Notes: generated by a model from the sequence alone, not told the origin. A stretch of 64,000 bases of DNA from Geosiphon pyriformis uo1 (GCA_016748015.1 JAAOMT010000098.1:18217-82216); one strand, 5' to 3'. Positions 14,501-27,522 are shown, numbered from the stretch's first letter. Program-made: numbers and translations.

Positions 14501-14853
14501 TGCTAAGCTGAAAACATATTACAAGAAGCACAATCTCTTGATATGAAATAAATTTTCTATTTTATTAATTTTGGTTTGTTATTCTTATGATCTCCTAAAC
14601 TGGTTTACAGTTTTAGTATTAAGTTAAGTATGCATGTTTGTTTTGGATTGTATTTATATTTGTCTAAGATGTGTTTTGGTTTTTTGTGAGATTTCCCTGT
14701 GTGCAATAATTTAGGTATATAGTACTATCTTAATTGGTCTAAATAGCTGATTACATATCGAAAAAACATGAACCACACTTAATTTAGAATCTTGTATAAT
14801 TGTATTTCTTTAAGTAGTGATTGGACTGTATTCATAAAATATAATAAAAAAAA
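8505..14853 (+). mobile_element. Decayed LINE retrotransposon: ORF1 (zinc knuckle) + ORF2 (APE endonuclease, RT, RNase H)
   Basis: ORF1 from ATG ~8645, with FALDINFLAVESK and eroded knuckle CCEKYEHLKYSALKY (~9820). APE start KFAMCNIKSINN...LFITKTK (~10535-10645). RT SKPYN*KEIL...LVL*NI*KAYNSV and ATFVDN (12371-12388, from AFVDD). RNase H IEL*AIVFALE, FMNSQ and KVKSYFGIINNKCAN (13450-13820). A-rich 3' end at ~14850; candidate TSD AATTATGACT (8495) / AATTGTGACT (14852). Confidence 0.9.
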
Positions 14854-15329
14854 TTGTGACTTTTATTTTTATCTTAAATTATTATTTATACCTTTTGTAA
14901 TATTTTTTATTCTAATAATTTGAAATTTCACAAGCTTATATATTAATTGCAATTTTTTTAAAGTCTTTTTTTATAATAATTCCAATTTTGGTCTATTTTT
15001 ATTGATTAAACTTATTTTAAATTATTATTATTATTATTATTATTTTAATAAAAATTATTTTTTTTATTAATTTATTTCTTACAGCTATTTAAACAAATAA
15101 ATTGTATTATAATAAAAATAAAGAAATTTCTTTAAAGCAAACAATTATTTTACAAGTTATTTGATTTTTTATATTATTTCTAAAACCAAGCTTTGCAATA
15201 ATTAGTTAAATATTAATCCAGAGTTCTATATAATAACATATTAAACATAAATTTTGAGTATGATAAAAATATGATAAAAAATTTATATTAATTGGTAAAT
15301 AGAGTTGTAAAACAAAAACCTTTTTTTCT

Positions 15330-15960
15330 CCCTTCCTCAATTTTGGATTAACCTTAATGTGTTGGATATATCAAAAAATAATGTATTATTATTTGCAAAA
15401 CAAATATTTGTATTTGAAAGCAAATTAAGCAAAAGTTTTTTTACAGATGTTGTTAGCCAAAGTCTATACCATATAATAAATTAGCAATTTTTTGAATTTA
15501 TTATGTAAAAAAACTTGATCATCAAAACTTGAATCATAAATTCAGAAATATTTCAATGTGAATCAATAAACTTAATTTGTTTTCTTATTAAAAAATGATC
15601 TTTGGTCAAATATTTAAATGGGCAATTTTCAATTCAACTATACAATGTTTACCTAATTAGTTTTGCAAATGGGAGCAGTAAAAGAGAGATAATGATGTGA
15701 AGTCAATTTATCTTATTAGAACAATTTATCAAAAAGGAACCATATCTAATGCGCTTATTTGTAATCTTTATGACAACTTAGTTTTTTGTCCAAGCAATAT
15801 TAAATTTAAAACATATATTTTATTTCCCTTTTCAAAGCAAACTTGAGAGAAAGCAATTGTAAACAAATTGTTTCAATGATTTCTAATCAAAGTCAAATAT
15901 TAAAAATATAACCTTATGAATACAAGACTTGGAGAAATTCTAAAGCTTTTGGACTAAATT
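15330..15960 (+). mobile_element. Possible Mutator/SWIM transposase C-terminal remnant
   Basis: Fragments PQFWINLN..WIY..YYYLQNKYL and FFTDVVSQSLY resemble an eroded SWIM region; no DDE motif is seen. Confidence 0.25.
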
Positions 15961-16977
15961 TAATCTGATAATATAAATAAATGAGTTTTTTTATTAAGGA
16001 CTTGTTCTGAGTATTTTTTTTGTTTTGAGCTGAAAAAAAGATGGCAATCAAAGTTGATTGACTCCTATCAGATCCTTTAAAATCATTTTAACTTAGTTGC
16101 CTTCCTCATTAAATACACTGTATTAAAAAGTATTTTTTCATTAAATTTCAATGATATTATGAAAATTCTTTTTAAAAAGTTATATCAACTTAATAAATTA
16201 TAAAATTTCAATAATATTAATTTACTAAAAAATATTTATATCTTTATATACCAAACCAATAGAACAAATTCCAAGCAAGTTGTATTTATTCCAAAAAAAA
16301 TTAAAATGCTTTAAAATTGGATTATAAGCAAAATATTACACATTTTTTTAAAATAAATTTATTAAACTATCTATTTCAATTATATGATACAATGTAAAAA
16401 GTTGAGAAAAAAATTGAAAAATAAAGATGCAAAAAAATCGCATTTGATATTATTCCTCAAACCTATCAATTACTGATCATTTTGATTCAAACCGTCGAAT
16501 AATTTTTTAACTTATTTCATTGCAAAACTTGGCATTTATATATATGTTTTAATAAATTTAAATTGAGTTTTATTTTATAAAATAAGAATTTTTGGACCAA
16601 AGAAAAACAAAAGTTTCCTTTCAGATTTATTGTTGTAAATCCAATAGTTCTGTATCATAATAGTATCTAAATACAAGTTGCTCAGATTTTCATGAAAATA
16701 ATAGTTAGATATTCAAGCAAGCTCTTTAAAAGAGAACTTGCTTGAGTAAAAAGTTTTGATTAAAATTTCTCTCCTCTTTAAATATCTTTTTAAAGACTAA
16801 ATCATAAATTTTAATAATAAAAATAAATTATATATTAAAATTTGTCTCTAAATAATTTTCCTATGGTTGAAAAACAATGCACTACTTTAAAGATTAAATG
16901 GAATCATAAAAAATGTATAAACAAGTTGTTTGATAAAAATAATGCCTATTTTTCTAGAAAAAACCACTTTATTCAAA

Positions 16978-17157
16978 CTAATTTCGAAGAGCCTCGAGTA
17001 CAGGCACGATTTCCTCTTCTATTAATTTGGGTGGCTTCGAGCTTACCCACTTGAAAACAGTCTCAGGAGTTGGTAGAGCCGAGACGAAGATATGTGTGAG
17101 AAGAATTGTTGCCACAAAAAGAATAATGGATGCATGGGTAAATCGTAGATGCAACAT
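16978..17157 (-). CDS. Small secreted peptide, 59 aa, Cys-free
   Basis: MLHLRFTHASIILFVATILLTHIFVSA-LPTPETVFKWVSSKPPKLIEEEIVPVLEALRN*. Hydrophobic signal with a VSA/LP cleavage site, in a GC-richer island. Just under the 60-aa ORF cutoff. An internal GTAAGC donor at ~17046 could give an alternative 3' end. Confidence 0.7.
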   Translation of the reverse strand: MLHLRFTHASIILFVATILLTHIFVSALPTPETVFKWVSSKPPKLIEEEIVPVLEALRN

Positions 17158-17789
17158 TGTGAAAAATTAAGATTGGTAGGAAAAGCAAAAAAGTTATTTA
17201 TTGGAAACCGAATTGTTTTTAAAGAAATTTTTGTTAATTTAATTGATTGATTTCAAAGGTGCTTTCTTTTTGGTGAGCCTTCAACCTTCTTTTATAGAAG
17301 ATTTTCTAGCTTGAAAAGGATTTATTAAATTTATGAGTTTTATTTTTAAAAATAAAATTTTCAGAATTTGTTAAGTTTTTCACAACATTATTAATTAAAT
17401 TTATTGATACATGATTATAAATTTTAAGAAGATGGGATCAAGATTATTTAGCCTCTATAAATTTTATTGAAAGACTATAAGTAGAGCTGTGCTCCTTGTT
17501 ATATGCGTGTCGTATGTCTTCTTTACGAATGTGGTATAACTCATAAAGTGTTTTAATGCACTGGTTGCAGCAAAGCAAAGAGAAAGACAAAGAAGGTAAG
17601 TTCTGGAAAACGCCTATTTTTTTATGCAAAATACAGTAGCAAAGTAAAACCTTACCCTCACTTATCTGATTGGGTATAGCTCTTCATTAATTATTATTTT
17701 TTTAAAAAAAACAGATTTAATGTTTGCGGTAACACCATTAGCCTTTTTATTGATCCTACTAACTGAATTTATTGCTTGAAATTCGTCTT

Positions 17790-18030
17790 TTCTAGATTGC
17801 CTTTAACAATGGCCCATAAGTTTTCCATAGGATTTTAAATTCGGGCTGTTAGCTGGCCAATCTATGACATTAGGCATACGTTCCGCAAAAAATTCTTGAG
17901 CAATCCGACTTTTATTTTTTGGAACATTATCTTACTGAAACTTCTATTTATTTCCTAGCATTTTCCTAATCTCAGGTAAGTGATTTTGTATAAAATCGGC
18001 ATCCATAATTCTAGTAATAAAATATTTGCC
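17790..18030 (-). mobile_element. Tc1/mariner (Tc1-like DDE) transposase remnant
   Basis: Translates as KFQ*DNVPKNKSRIAQEFFAERMPNVIDWPANSPNL-(frameshift)-PMENLWAIVK, matching the QDNxPxH...WPxNSPDLNPIENLW signature, with stops. Confidence 0.85.
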
Positions 18031-19019
18031 AAGTGGATCGAAATTCCGGATATGTATTAGCATTAATATTTTTTGCGCCTAGAGTTCCAGACAATCACTA
18101 CCCGTTTAAGATCTTCTTTTTGTTAACTAGTTTCACCACAATCAAACAAGGTGATATTAAAGCAGTCACTACTTACTTGGGACACTTCCACAGAAATCTG
18201 CACCAAATCCAAGCAATCAATGCTAACTATTTCAATTCAGCCTAAATGGTGAAGAATAGAAAGAGAAGTAAGACAATATGAATTATTTAGTCTCATTGTA
18301 AGCCCATATAATTGGTAACATATATATAATTTTATAAATATTATTTAAGAAGAAGCAATCATTTAAATTAAAATGTATATTTTAATAAACATTCTTTTCT
18401 TTTATTGAATGATAAAATTTTAGAGCTAAATTTTTTCTGAAGTTTCAATATATAATCTGTAAAAACTATTGCCATTAGTTTCTGTTTTTGTAACACAATT
18501 GAGATCAAAAATTTGAAAAGTTAAAAAAAATGACAGACTTTATGACACATTAATTAGAAGGCAGATAACATCTTTTTTTTTAGAGATAGATCTGTTTTTT
18601 TGCTATATTACAACAATCCAAATTCTAATCCCAATTTTTTTAAAATATTTCTTAAATGTATTAAGATATATGCTTTTTAGTTGTGAAGTGCTTTCCACAA
18701 ATTACTTGGAATATAGAATATAATATTAGATAGGAATTTGGGTTTTTGTAATAAGTCAACAAATAACAATAAACCATTAAACTTTGAAAAAATTTGGGCA
18801 TAAAAAAATATCCATTAAAATAATTTAATAAAAGTATGTTTTTTAACATATTGAAATGAATTTAATAAATTTTATTAAAAATATATTATCTAAGAATTAA
18901 CATTAGAGTTTAAAATTATAATTATTTATAATAAAAAATGAAGATAATTTAATTATTAAATATAATAAATGTAGATAATATTAATCAATTGCATATAATT
19001 ATGCCTTTAATTTTGTTCA

Positions 19020-19157
19020 ATTTCTTATCTTTAAAAAGTAAATTAAGATATTAATATACTATATAATAACTAAATCAATTAATGAATTAATTAATATGAA
19101 AACTCAATTATTTGCAAAGTTAAAAGACAATTTGTATAAATTGCTCTTAGATAAATG

Positions 19158-19193
<36 letters not shown>

Positions 19194-19400
19194 GTTGTTG
19201 TCATTGTTGTTGTAGTAATTGAATGGTATGTTATCACTTATTTTTTTAATGTATTTTTCTGATTCTTTTAAAATTTTTATTTTAGAATTCTAAGTTTTAA
19301 ACTTTACCTTTTAGAATTTACTAACAAATATTGAATATAATAATACGTTTCAAGCTAATTCTACAAAATCTAATTAAAAAAAAACAGCTCAAATGCCTCC
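19020..19400 (-). pseudogene. TKL kinase 3' tail remnant
   Basis: NIYLRAIYTNCLLTLQII (~19100-19160), eroded from IHPGAVYTSRLLTLQ and preceded by a poly-ACA/ATA tract. The downstream flank TTTTAACATATTGAAATGAATTTAATAA is shared with ~24940. Confidence 0.65.
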
Positions 19401-20964
19401 AAAATTCTGGATTATTATTGCTTTTATTGCAAATTTTGCTGATTTCAAATAATTAATTCTATTTACTTTAGAGCATTATAAAATAATTTATACAATACAT
19501 CACATTAAATATTGTTGAAATTTTTATAAATTTTATGATTCCCAATAGTGATAACCAGATATACATGTTAGCAGAAATTGTGAAAAAAATTTTTTAAAAT
19601 GAGTTTAGTATATTATTTTTATGTTTCAAATTTGCCATTGCAAAATTGGGTTATTGATTATTAAAAAAAAGTTTAATCTAATTTGGTTTTCTTGTGAAAT
19701 TAATGTTTTGGAATAGATATTTTTCCAATTAAAAAAATAATAAAGTTTTTAGTTGCGTTTGAGTTTTGTATATATATTGAAAGAGTAATGTATATATATC
19801 AAGTTTTCTCTAATGTACAAAGCAAAAAAAGCTATATTTTTTCAAATTAAGGCCTTTAAAATTACAATATTTATTGTTTTTTTACCACAATTTCAAGATT
19901 TTTCTTAAAAGATAAGCTATTACCAATCTATTGCACTTCATGGGTTTTAGGAACAGTTTTTTTTTACAGATCATAAATAGACCAAATCTTTTTAAGAAGA
20001 GAATTTTTTTATTTTGGATCAGCTTGAATTGAAGAAACATTTTCAGAAGTCTGAACAAAAAATCTCAGCCTCTTAGATAGAGTGAAAATAGAAAATGAAG
20101 TGTTCTAAACTGAAAACAAAAACTGGATGAACAATGATTTAATAGTAATAAAATAATGTATATCCTTATTTGACTCCTGGGAAAAAAATCAATTTAAATG
20201 AAGATTTAATCTAAATTTATAAACTTATATTTTTTCAATTCTATGGTTATAACAAATAAAGCTATTTAATATCTTGCATTAGTAAACAGCTTGTATCTTA
20301 TGACTATTGTGATATATGTCAATTCAGAATATGTTGATAAAAGTCAATGTTTTATAACTATCATAGAGGCTTCTGTGACTCATTGTTTTGTAACAAATTA
20401 AAATTTCAAAATAAGTTGTAATATCACAAGATATAAGTCTTTTTATCATATTTGACAAACTTATTAGTTTATGCAAAAATTTTGTCCAGCATATATTTAA
20501 GTAATAATTTTTATTACCTTTAGAAAATTATTAATTATTTAATTTAATAATCTTATTTATAAAAAGAAAAATAATTGTTAATATTAAATATATTCATTTT
20601 TTTATCAAATATTTTTTATTAAATATTAAAGAAATTACTAAAAAAAAGTTTAGTATAGTTGATAAGGAAAAGATACAGAAGAAATAAAAATAACAATAAA
20701 AATTATAAAAACAAATAGCTCAAAAGTGTTTAAAGAGATAAACACACTATTATTATTTATTTTTAATTATTTCATCTTTACTTATTATTTATTTATATTA
20801 TTGTTTATTATACTATCTATTTACTTTTTACAGTTAAATTTTCAAAGAGCTATGAAAATTAACAATGGTAAAAAGCTGCTAAGTATCTCTTCAATTTATG
20901 AGATTATGCAAAACGCTGAAATACTTAACTATGGAATTTTGATGGAGTTTGCTAAAAATGAATA

Positions 20965-21185
20965 TGTCATGAGTTGAAACAGAATTTGAGTTTATTTAGA
21001 ATCAACTTAAGTTAATTTGGAATTCTAATTCAACTTGAGTTAATTTAGAATCATTAATTTAACACTGTATTGATTCCGAATCAACTCAACCAATCATATT
21101 ATTTGGTTAATTAATTAACAAAAAGTTTTTCTTTCATTAGCCAATTAAAAAAATCAAGTTTTTGATATTTGATGTGTTTTTTTAT
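20965..21185. repeat. Left terminal inverted repeat of Ginger-like element
   Basis: Reverse complement aligns with 23145-23344; it carries one extra ~21-bp internal subrepeat unit. Confidence 0.9.
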
Positions 21186-23144
21186 GGCTTCCCAACATCA
21201 TTTATCATCAATAAATTATGAATGACTTACTCAAGAAACATTTTCTGATCTTTTTGAAAACTATTTATTAGCTAGAAGTGAAAAAAAATAAGCCAAAATT
21301 TTGCTTTTTCAAGATTACATAAACCAATGTATTGAGATATTAAAAAATACTCCTAAAAGAGAAAACTTTGATTCTAAATTGAAGTATTAGGTATGCACTA
21401 CCTTTTATATTGCATAAGTTGGAAGACAAAATATACTTTATCTTAAAAAAACAAAAATTATATAAAAAACTATGTAAATTTTATTTAGAAATAGAACATA
21501 AAGGAATGAACAAAAATTATAATGTGGTATATAATATTAATTTAATTTTTTATATAAATAGATACTAATAATTTTTTATTTATAGATTAAAACAGTTTTG
21601 TTTTTTCTGTACTTGATGTATTATGTGATGATTTTTAGCTCAACCAATAACTGCAAATCCAATTTTAGCAAAAAGCTTTATGTGTTGTTTACAAGTAGAC
21701 TTAATTGATATGCACAATTGACCAAATGATTTTTATAAATATATCTGTCATGCTCGGAATCATTTTACAAAATTTTTTTGGGCTATAGCTCTTTTTTCTA
21801 AAGAAACAAAAAAAGTAACAAGCTTTCTTTTTCAACTTTTTACTGTATTCGAATCTCTAATTATTTTTTAAATTAATAATAAATAAGAGTTCACAACTAA
21901 TATAATCAGAAAATTAACAGAAATATGGCCAACTATTCATATTATAAATAGATGTCCAAGACATCCTCAATCTTAAGAATTAATTAAACAAGCAAATAAT
22001 GTACTTCAACAAAAACTTTCAAAATAAATAGAAAATAAAGAAACTAATAATTGGTCAAATGGTTTATATTGGGTGACATATAAAAAACATTATTTTTATA
22101 TTAGTTGAATTATTTAAACAATAACTAATATATTTTATGTTTAGATACAATAAACACAGAAGTCTCTGCAGTTACTGGCTTTCCACTTTATCAAATAATG
22201 TTTGAAAAAAAACATTGTACAAATTATTTTCTTCTCAAATGACAGCTAATAAAAAGCCAATCTAACAGGAAATCAAAAGTAATAGTAACTAGTAAAACAG
22301 ATCACAACAATAAGATGACCAGCAATAATGGCAAGATAACCAGTAATAAGATGACCAGCAGTAGCAACAAGATAATAAACAACAAAATAACCAGCAGCAG
22401 CAACAAAATAACTAGTAACAGGATAACCAGGAACAGTAACAAGATAATGAACAATAAGATGATTAGCAACAACAGCAAAATGTCTAGTGATTACAGCAAA
22501 ATAACTAAAAGCAGTGGCAATAACTACTAAACTAGCAACAATGACATAATATAGTAAATAATATTAAAAAAAATTAAGAAAAATCAAATCATAAGTAAAA
22601 AAACTAAGCAATCTCTTGAAAAATATTAGTACTTATTCTAATAACTCTTATGTTTCTTCTATTATAATTTCAAGAAATAAGATAATGTTTTTTATTATTT
22701 GTACTTTTTAATATTATTCTGTATTAATCTTATATTTTTTAATAGGATAATAATAATCAGAACAATGTGCTACACAATATTACTAACTTATATACTGGCC
22801 ATCATAAAATATGTCAAATTGCTTGTGACTAATATGTTAATAATGAAAATTTTGTTCAAATTGGAATTTTAAAGATCGATCATTCAGGTACTAATAAAAA
22901 ACTTCTTATCTGCAAAATAATTGGAACTGTTAATGAAAAATTATATAGACTGAGATGCAAATCAGGAATATTAAAAAATTCTTACTGCACAAATGACAGG
23001 TTATTAATACAATTGTAAAAGAAGCTGTAGAACTAATTATTGTAATTACAGAAAAACCAGAGTTTTATGTAGTGCACAATGTCATAGTACAGTAGTAATA
23101 TTTATAAGAATCAAAATGAATAATTAGAATTATTAGAGATGATA

Positions 23145-23344
23145 ATAAAAAAATACATCAAATATTAAAACTTTGATTTTTTTGATTGGCTAATAAAAGA
23201 AAAACTTTTTACTGGTCAATTAACCAAATAATATAATTAGTTGAATTAATTTGAAATCAACACAGTGTTGAATTAAGGATTTCAAATTAACTCAAGTTAA
23301 ATTAGAATTCCAAATCAACTCAAATTCTGTTCCAACTTATAAAA
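23145..23344. repeat. Right terminal inverted repeat of Ginger-like element
   Basis: Inverse match to 20965-21185. Confidence 0.9.
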
Positions 23345-25119
23345 AATACATATAAACACATTTGTTAACAAATTTTCACTTTATGAATTAAAAAGATAAA
23401 TTAGAAATTCCAAAGAAAATAGTTTTAGAGCTTGATTTAATTTATTTTTCTGGTGTGGTTTATTATGACTATCACCCTACAATATTTCCCTTTTATAAAA
23501 AAATTAGAGACTTCAGATTATGTCAACTTACAAATAATGAAGCAACAACAACAACAATAATAGCAAAAAAAGATGCAAAAGAAAAAAATATATATAAAGT
23601 AATTCCATATATTTTACCAAAAGTTTTAAGAAATGAAAAATTTACAGAAAGAGGTAATATTTATAGTTTTTACTATGTTATTATAGAAATTAACAACAGA
23701 AAAGTCTCTTTTTCATGACTGTGAACATAATTATATTCTTATAATACTATTTTAAATAGGGCTAGAACTAAGATTACTTCCACTTTATATAGAAGAAATA
23801 ATTAAATAATTTTGGGATATTAATCTATTAAATCATATTACCGCCAAGGAGGTTTTTAATAAGTTGAGGTAACTTAGGAAAATGTATTTGAAATCTACAG
23901 AAAAGTTTAAAACTAAGAAGAAAAAAAAGAAACAGTTTTTAGAATCGGATCAATACATAAAAAAATATCGAAAAAGACTCTACAATAACAATAGCAACAA
24001 CAGCAACAATACCAATGTACATTTATCCAGGAACAATTTACACAAGTCATTTTTTAATTGCACAGATGGTTGATTTTTCTAAAGATCAGATTATTTATTT
24101 TTATATTAATTAATTCTCAAAAATTAGTCTATTTGTTTGAAGATAAGAAATTAGATCTTGTTTAACACTGCATTATTTTACTATCTATTATATTTAGGCA
24201 AACTACTAATAAAATAATTTTATTAGTTAGCTAATTTTATAAGTGATATAGATTATATTAATTATAAAGTTTATTAAATTTATTTCAATATGTTCAATAT
24301 ATACTTTTAGTGATATATTACAAATGATATTTTATTTCATGTAAGATGTTGTCCGAGTGTAAATTACTATAAACCTATCATTATTATTTTCTAGCAATTT
24401 TGTTGATATTTTTTAAATATTCTTATGAAATTTAAACAACTTTAATAGTTATTATTATTATTATCAAATAGACATAAAATGGTTCTCAATTATTCAATTT
24501 TTAATTTGCATAAATTGATTTAGTCTGATTATTTTCAATTAATTTAACTTTTTTTAAGATCATTATATTAATATCTTAATAAATTCAGTGTCTTTTAATA
24601 AATAATTATAAATTTTATGGTTTTATTATAATGAGCTTTAGTTTAAAAATATTTTAAGATTTATATAATTAAAGTTATAGTATGAAATTAATAAAGTTTA
24701 AGGTTATCAAATTTATATATTAAATCTGTTTAATTAATAATAGTTCAAGAGAAAAGAAATGTGAAAGAAAAAAATTAATTCGAAAAGAAAAGAGTGGGAG
24801 AAGGACGTAGCAATAAAATTTATAAAAGAAATTCTACTCATTGATCAAAATTGGGCAAACAATAAAATTTTAAACTTATAAATATTATTTTTTAGGTTAG
24901 AGAGAATACCATTTATAATAAATTCATAAAATTATATGTATTTTAACATATTGAAATGAATTTAATAATAATTATATCTAATATAATTTATACAATTTAT
25001 TAAAAATCTAATAAAATTAATCTATTAAGTGTTATCTAAATATAATTGATAGTAAAAGAAATGAGTGTTAAACAAGAGGATATATTTTATTAATGATTAA
25101 TGATAAATGTAATTCTTAC

Positions 25120-25669
25120 CTTTAGGCAAATACATTAATTTTTTTATAAGGTAGAATTATTAAATCAATGAATTAATCAATATAAAAATAGATAAACTAA
25201 TCTTTTAAAAATCAATTATTAGGATCCTTAAAACAAGACTTGTATAAACTACTCCTGAATGTATTGTTATCAATTTCGAGGTTTTTGTTGCCAAGTTGTC
25301 ACCTTCTGCAATTATATCTTTTAATTAGTTTTCTGATTCTAAAAATTGTATTCTTTCAGGTCTCTCAGTTTTAGATTCTTCATCTGTAGACTCTTTGACT
25401 GTAGGCCCCTTAGCTTTAGACTTATACATTTCCTCAAGTTTCCACAAATTTTTGTAAACTTTTTCGGCAGTAGGACTACCACTTTACGAGGATTTTGCCA
25501 ATAGTTGGTGGTATAACTGGGGAAGTAATTTTGGGTATTTGAACATTTAAAATAGCCATTATAAGAATATGATTATGGGAAGTATCATTAAAGTGAGGCT
25601 TTCCTGTTGCTAATTCCCATAATAACATGGAAAAATTATAAATATTCCCAGCCAAAGTAAACTTTTCTC
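25120..25669 (-). pseudogene. TKL kinase C-terminal remnant
   Basis: EKFTLAGNIYNFSMLLWELATGKPHFNDTSHNHILIMAILNVQIPKITSPVIPPT, followed by frameshifts and an HSGVVYTSL tail. Similarity stops abruptly at ~25669. Confidence 0.85.
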
Positions 25670-26191
25670 TTAAAAAATATCAATACATTATTATCAGAAG
25701 AGGGTTTTTCTGAAGCTTTATTTGATAGTACGTTTAGAAAGTAATATTTGAAAGACAGAGTTAGTAAATGTATTACGCTGTTTCCATAGTTTAACAAATC
25801 AATTAATAAATTCATTCATTCGTTAACCATAATAAATGTCTTGATTTATCATGCTTAATTAATAAACAAATTTAATTAAAAATAACTTAAGTGGTTATGG
25901 TGCACAAAAACACCAAAGTTTGCGTAAGCGAGTAGTTACAAATCGATTAAAATCAAATAGGATTTATTTGGTTGATTTTAATTTTTCTGCTAAAGAATTT
26001 TTATTCAAGTGTAGCTTTAAAAAGATTCCTAAATTTTTAAACTTACTTTAGGAATAGAAAATTTTGTTTTGTAAAGATTTATAAATCGAAAAATTTTTCG
26101 TATGTGAATATTAAAAATAAAGTTGTTTATTCTAAGCAAAAGTTATATAAAATAGGAAAAGGATATAAAAGTCAAACAGAGATAATGTCAT

Positions 26192-27522
26192 CTATTTCAT
26201 CCATGGTGGTATACCAGGCAAGAAACCCATGGTTATACCAAAGTATGGTTCATTATTGAGTAAAAATTGGAATGGCCTTTGTGCTTGAGCACATTCCTAT
26301 CAGAGAAAGTTTAAATTAATTTTCCTGATGAAAAAAAGAATATTTAAACGATTTCAACAGCACAAACCTCGCTTTCATCTAGAAACGGGCCCTCTGGATA
26401 AAAATTTTCTCCCCCATGGCACCGATAAACGATTGTATTTTCAAGTAAATTATCATTATTACTACAATGACAATCATCGGATTCAATCCAATATTCCATC
26501 ATGGAGTGAAAATAATTCTTATTTTGTGCTCTAGAACCATGATTCGGAAGATTCACCACAATATCATTTTTATAAGTAACTCGAACTTGTAGAAACATGG
26601 CTTCATTTAGAGCTCGAGCAAAATGTTGATTGCCTATTCTTGGCTGGCCATAAGTAAATAGTCGTAATGAAATATGTGGTATCCTTTGAGATTGTTGAAG
26701 TTCATAAGCAACAAATGTTGCATAGACTACAAGAGAAAAAAGAGCCTATTTTGAGCTTTGAAAAGAATATTCAGAAATTAGGAAGATAATAACTCACCAG
26801 CACTCATGCCATGTCCCACAAAAGTTACCTCAGTAATAACATTGCTTTTTTGTTTTTCTATTTCTTTTAGGATAGTTGAAAAATCAAAATCAAAACGTCG
26901 GAATTGATCCCAAAAATATTTGTTCACTTTTGCATTTGGATATAATGGGTATTCGACCATTTTTCCAGAGAATACAGATATCCATTCAGATGGTAATAAG
27001 AGATTGCCACGAAAGTAGATAATTAGTTCATGAGGACCCCCAATTATACTTGAAGCTAAATAAGTGAATATAATTTATATTATTGTCTATAGAAAAAACT
27101 TGAAACTAGATTCTTTGATTGAAGTTTAAAACAAAAACAAAAATGATGATAGATATAAATAAAAATCTTTGCGATTGATCACATTTAATATTTAGCATAC
27201 CAAATACTGAATCTTTTAAAGAATAGGCTAAGTTAGCATACCAGGCATATCTTTGAAGAAGTCGTTTAATATCAGAGGTTATATAATACTTCATAGGGAC
27301 CAACTGAATTCTTTTCACATTGCGATTTGGAGAATTTCTCTTAGCAGATAGACATGGGGAGATTGAGCTGCCGTTCTTTTCAAAAAATCCTTCATTTATG
27401 TTTTGAACCTTGTTATCAAAAGTCTTTTCTTTTGAAAAAAGGTGTAGAAGAAAATAGAAAATTGTGATCAAAAAAATTAGTGTGCCATTTAAAAATTTTA
27501 TTGAGTTGTTCAATTTTTTCAT
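26192..27522 (-). CDS. Class-3 (fungal) lipase-fold protein, predicted catalytically inactive; exons 27522-27201, 27055-26798, 26726-26368, 26296-26192
   Basis: N-terminal TM/signal anchor, RYAWYANLAYS, LIIYFRG, nucleophile elbow FVGHGMSAVYA, LFTYGQPRIGN, RVTYKNDIV, HSMMEYWI and NNEPYFGITMG. Three GT-AG introns join in frame with no stops. Confidence 0.88.

Larger units (their letters stand above)
20965..23344 (+). mobile_element. Ginger2/TDD-like DNA transposon (rve-type DDE integrase, KRBA2/SCAND3-like), decayed
   Basis: Starts TGTCATGAGTTG; the right end CCAACTTATAAAA is the eroded inverse. About 200-bp TIRs and a 4-bp TSD AATA (20961-20964 / 23345-23348). Core at 21690-22075 reads LQVDLIDMHN*PNDFYKYICHARNHFTKFFWAIALFSKE...EFTTNIIRKLTEIWPTIHIINRCPRHPQS*ELIKQAN. 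Confidence 0.9.
20580..24230 (+). pseudogene. TKL kinase pseudogene split by a Ginger-like transposon
   Basis: Before the insertion: KIAQKCLK, then SIYEIMQNAEILNYGILMEFAKN. After it: LTNFHFMN*KDKLEI...GVVYYDYH, DFRLCQ, VIPYILPKVLRNEKFT, GNIYSF and a HL/PGTIYTS tail. Colinear with the kinase at 354-965. Confidence 0.85.

Noticed and set aside
22315-22530. S/N/K-rich repetitive ORF
   Set aside because: Low-complexity linker inside the Ginger-like element.
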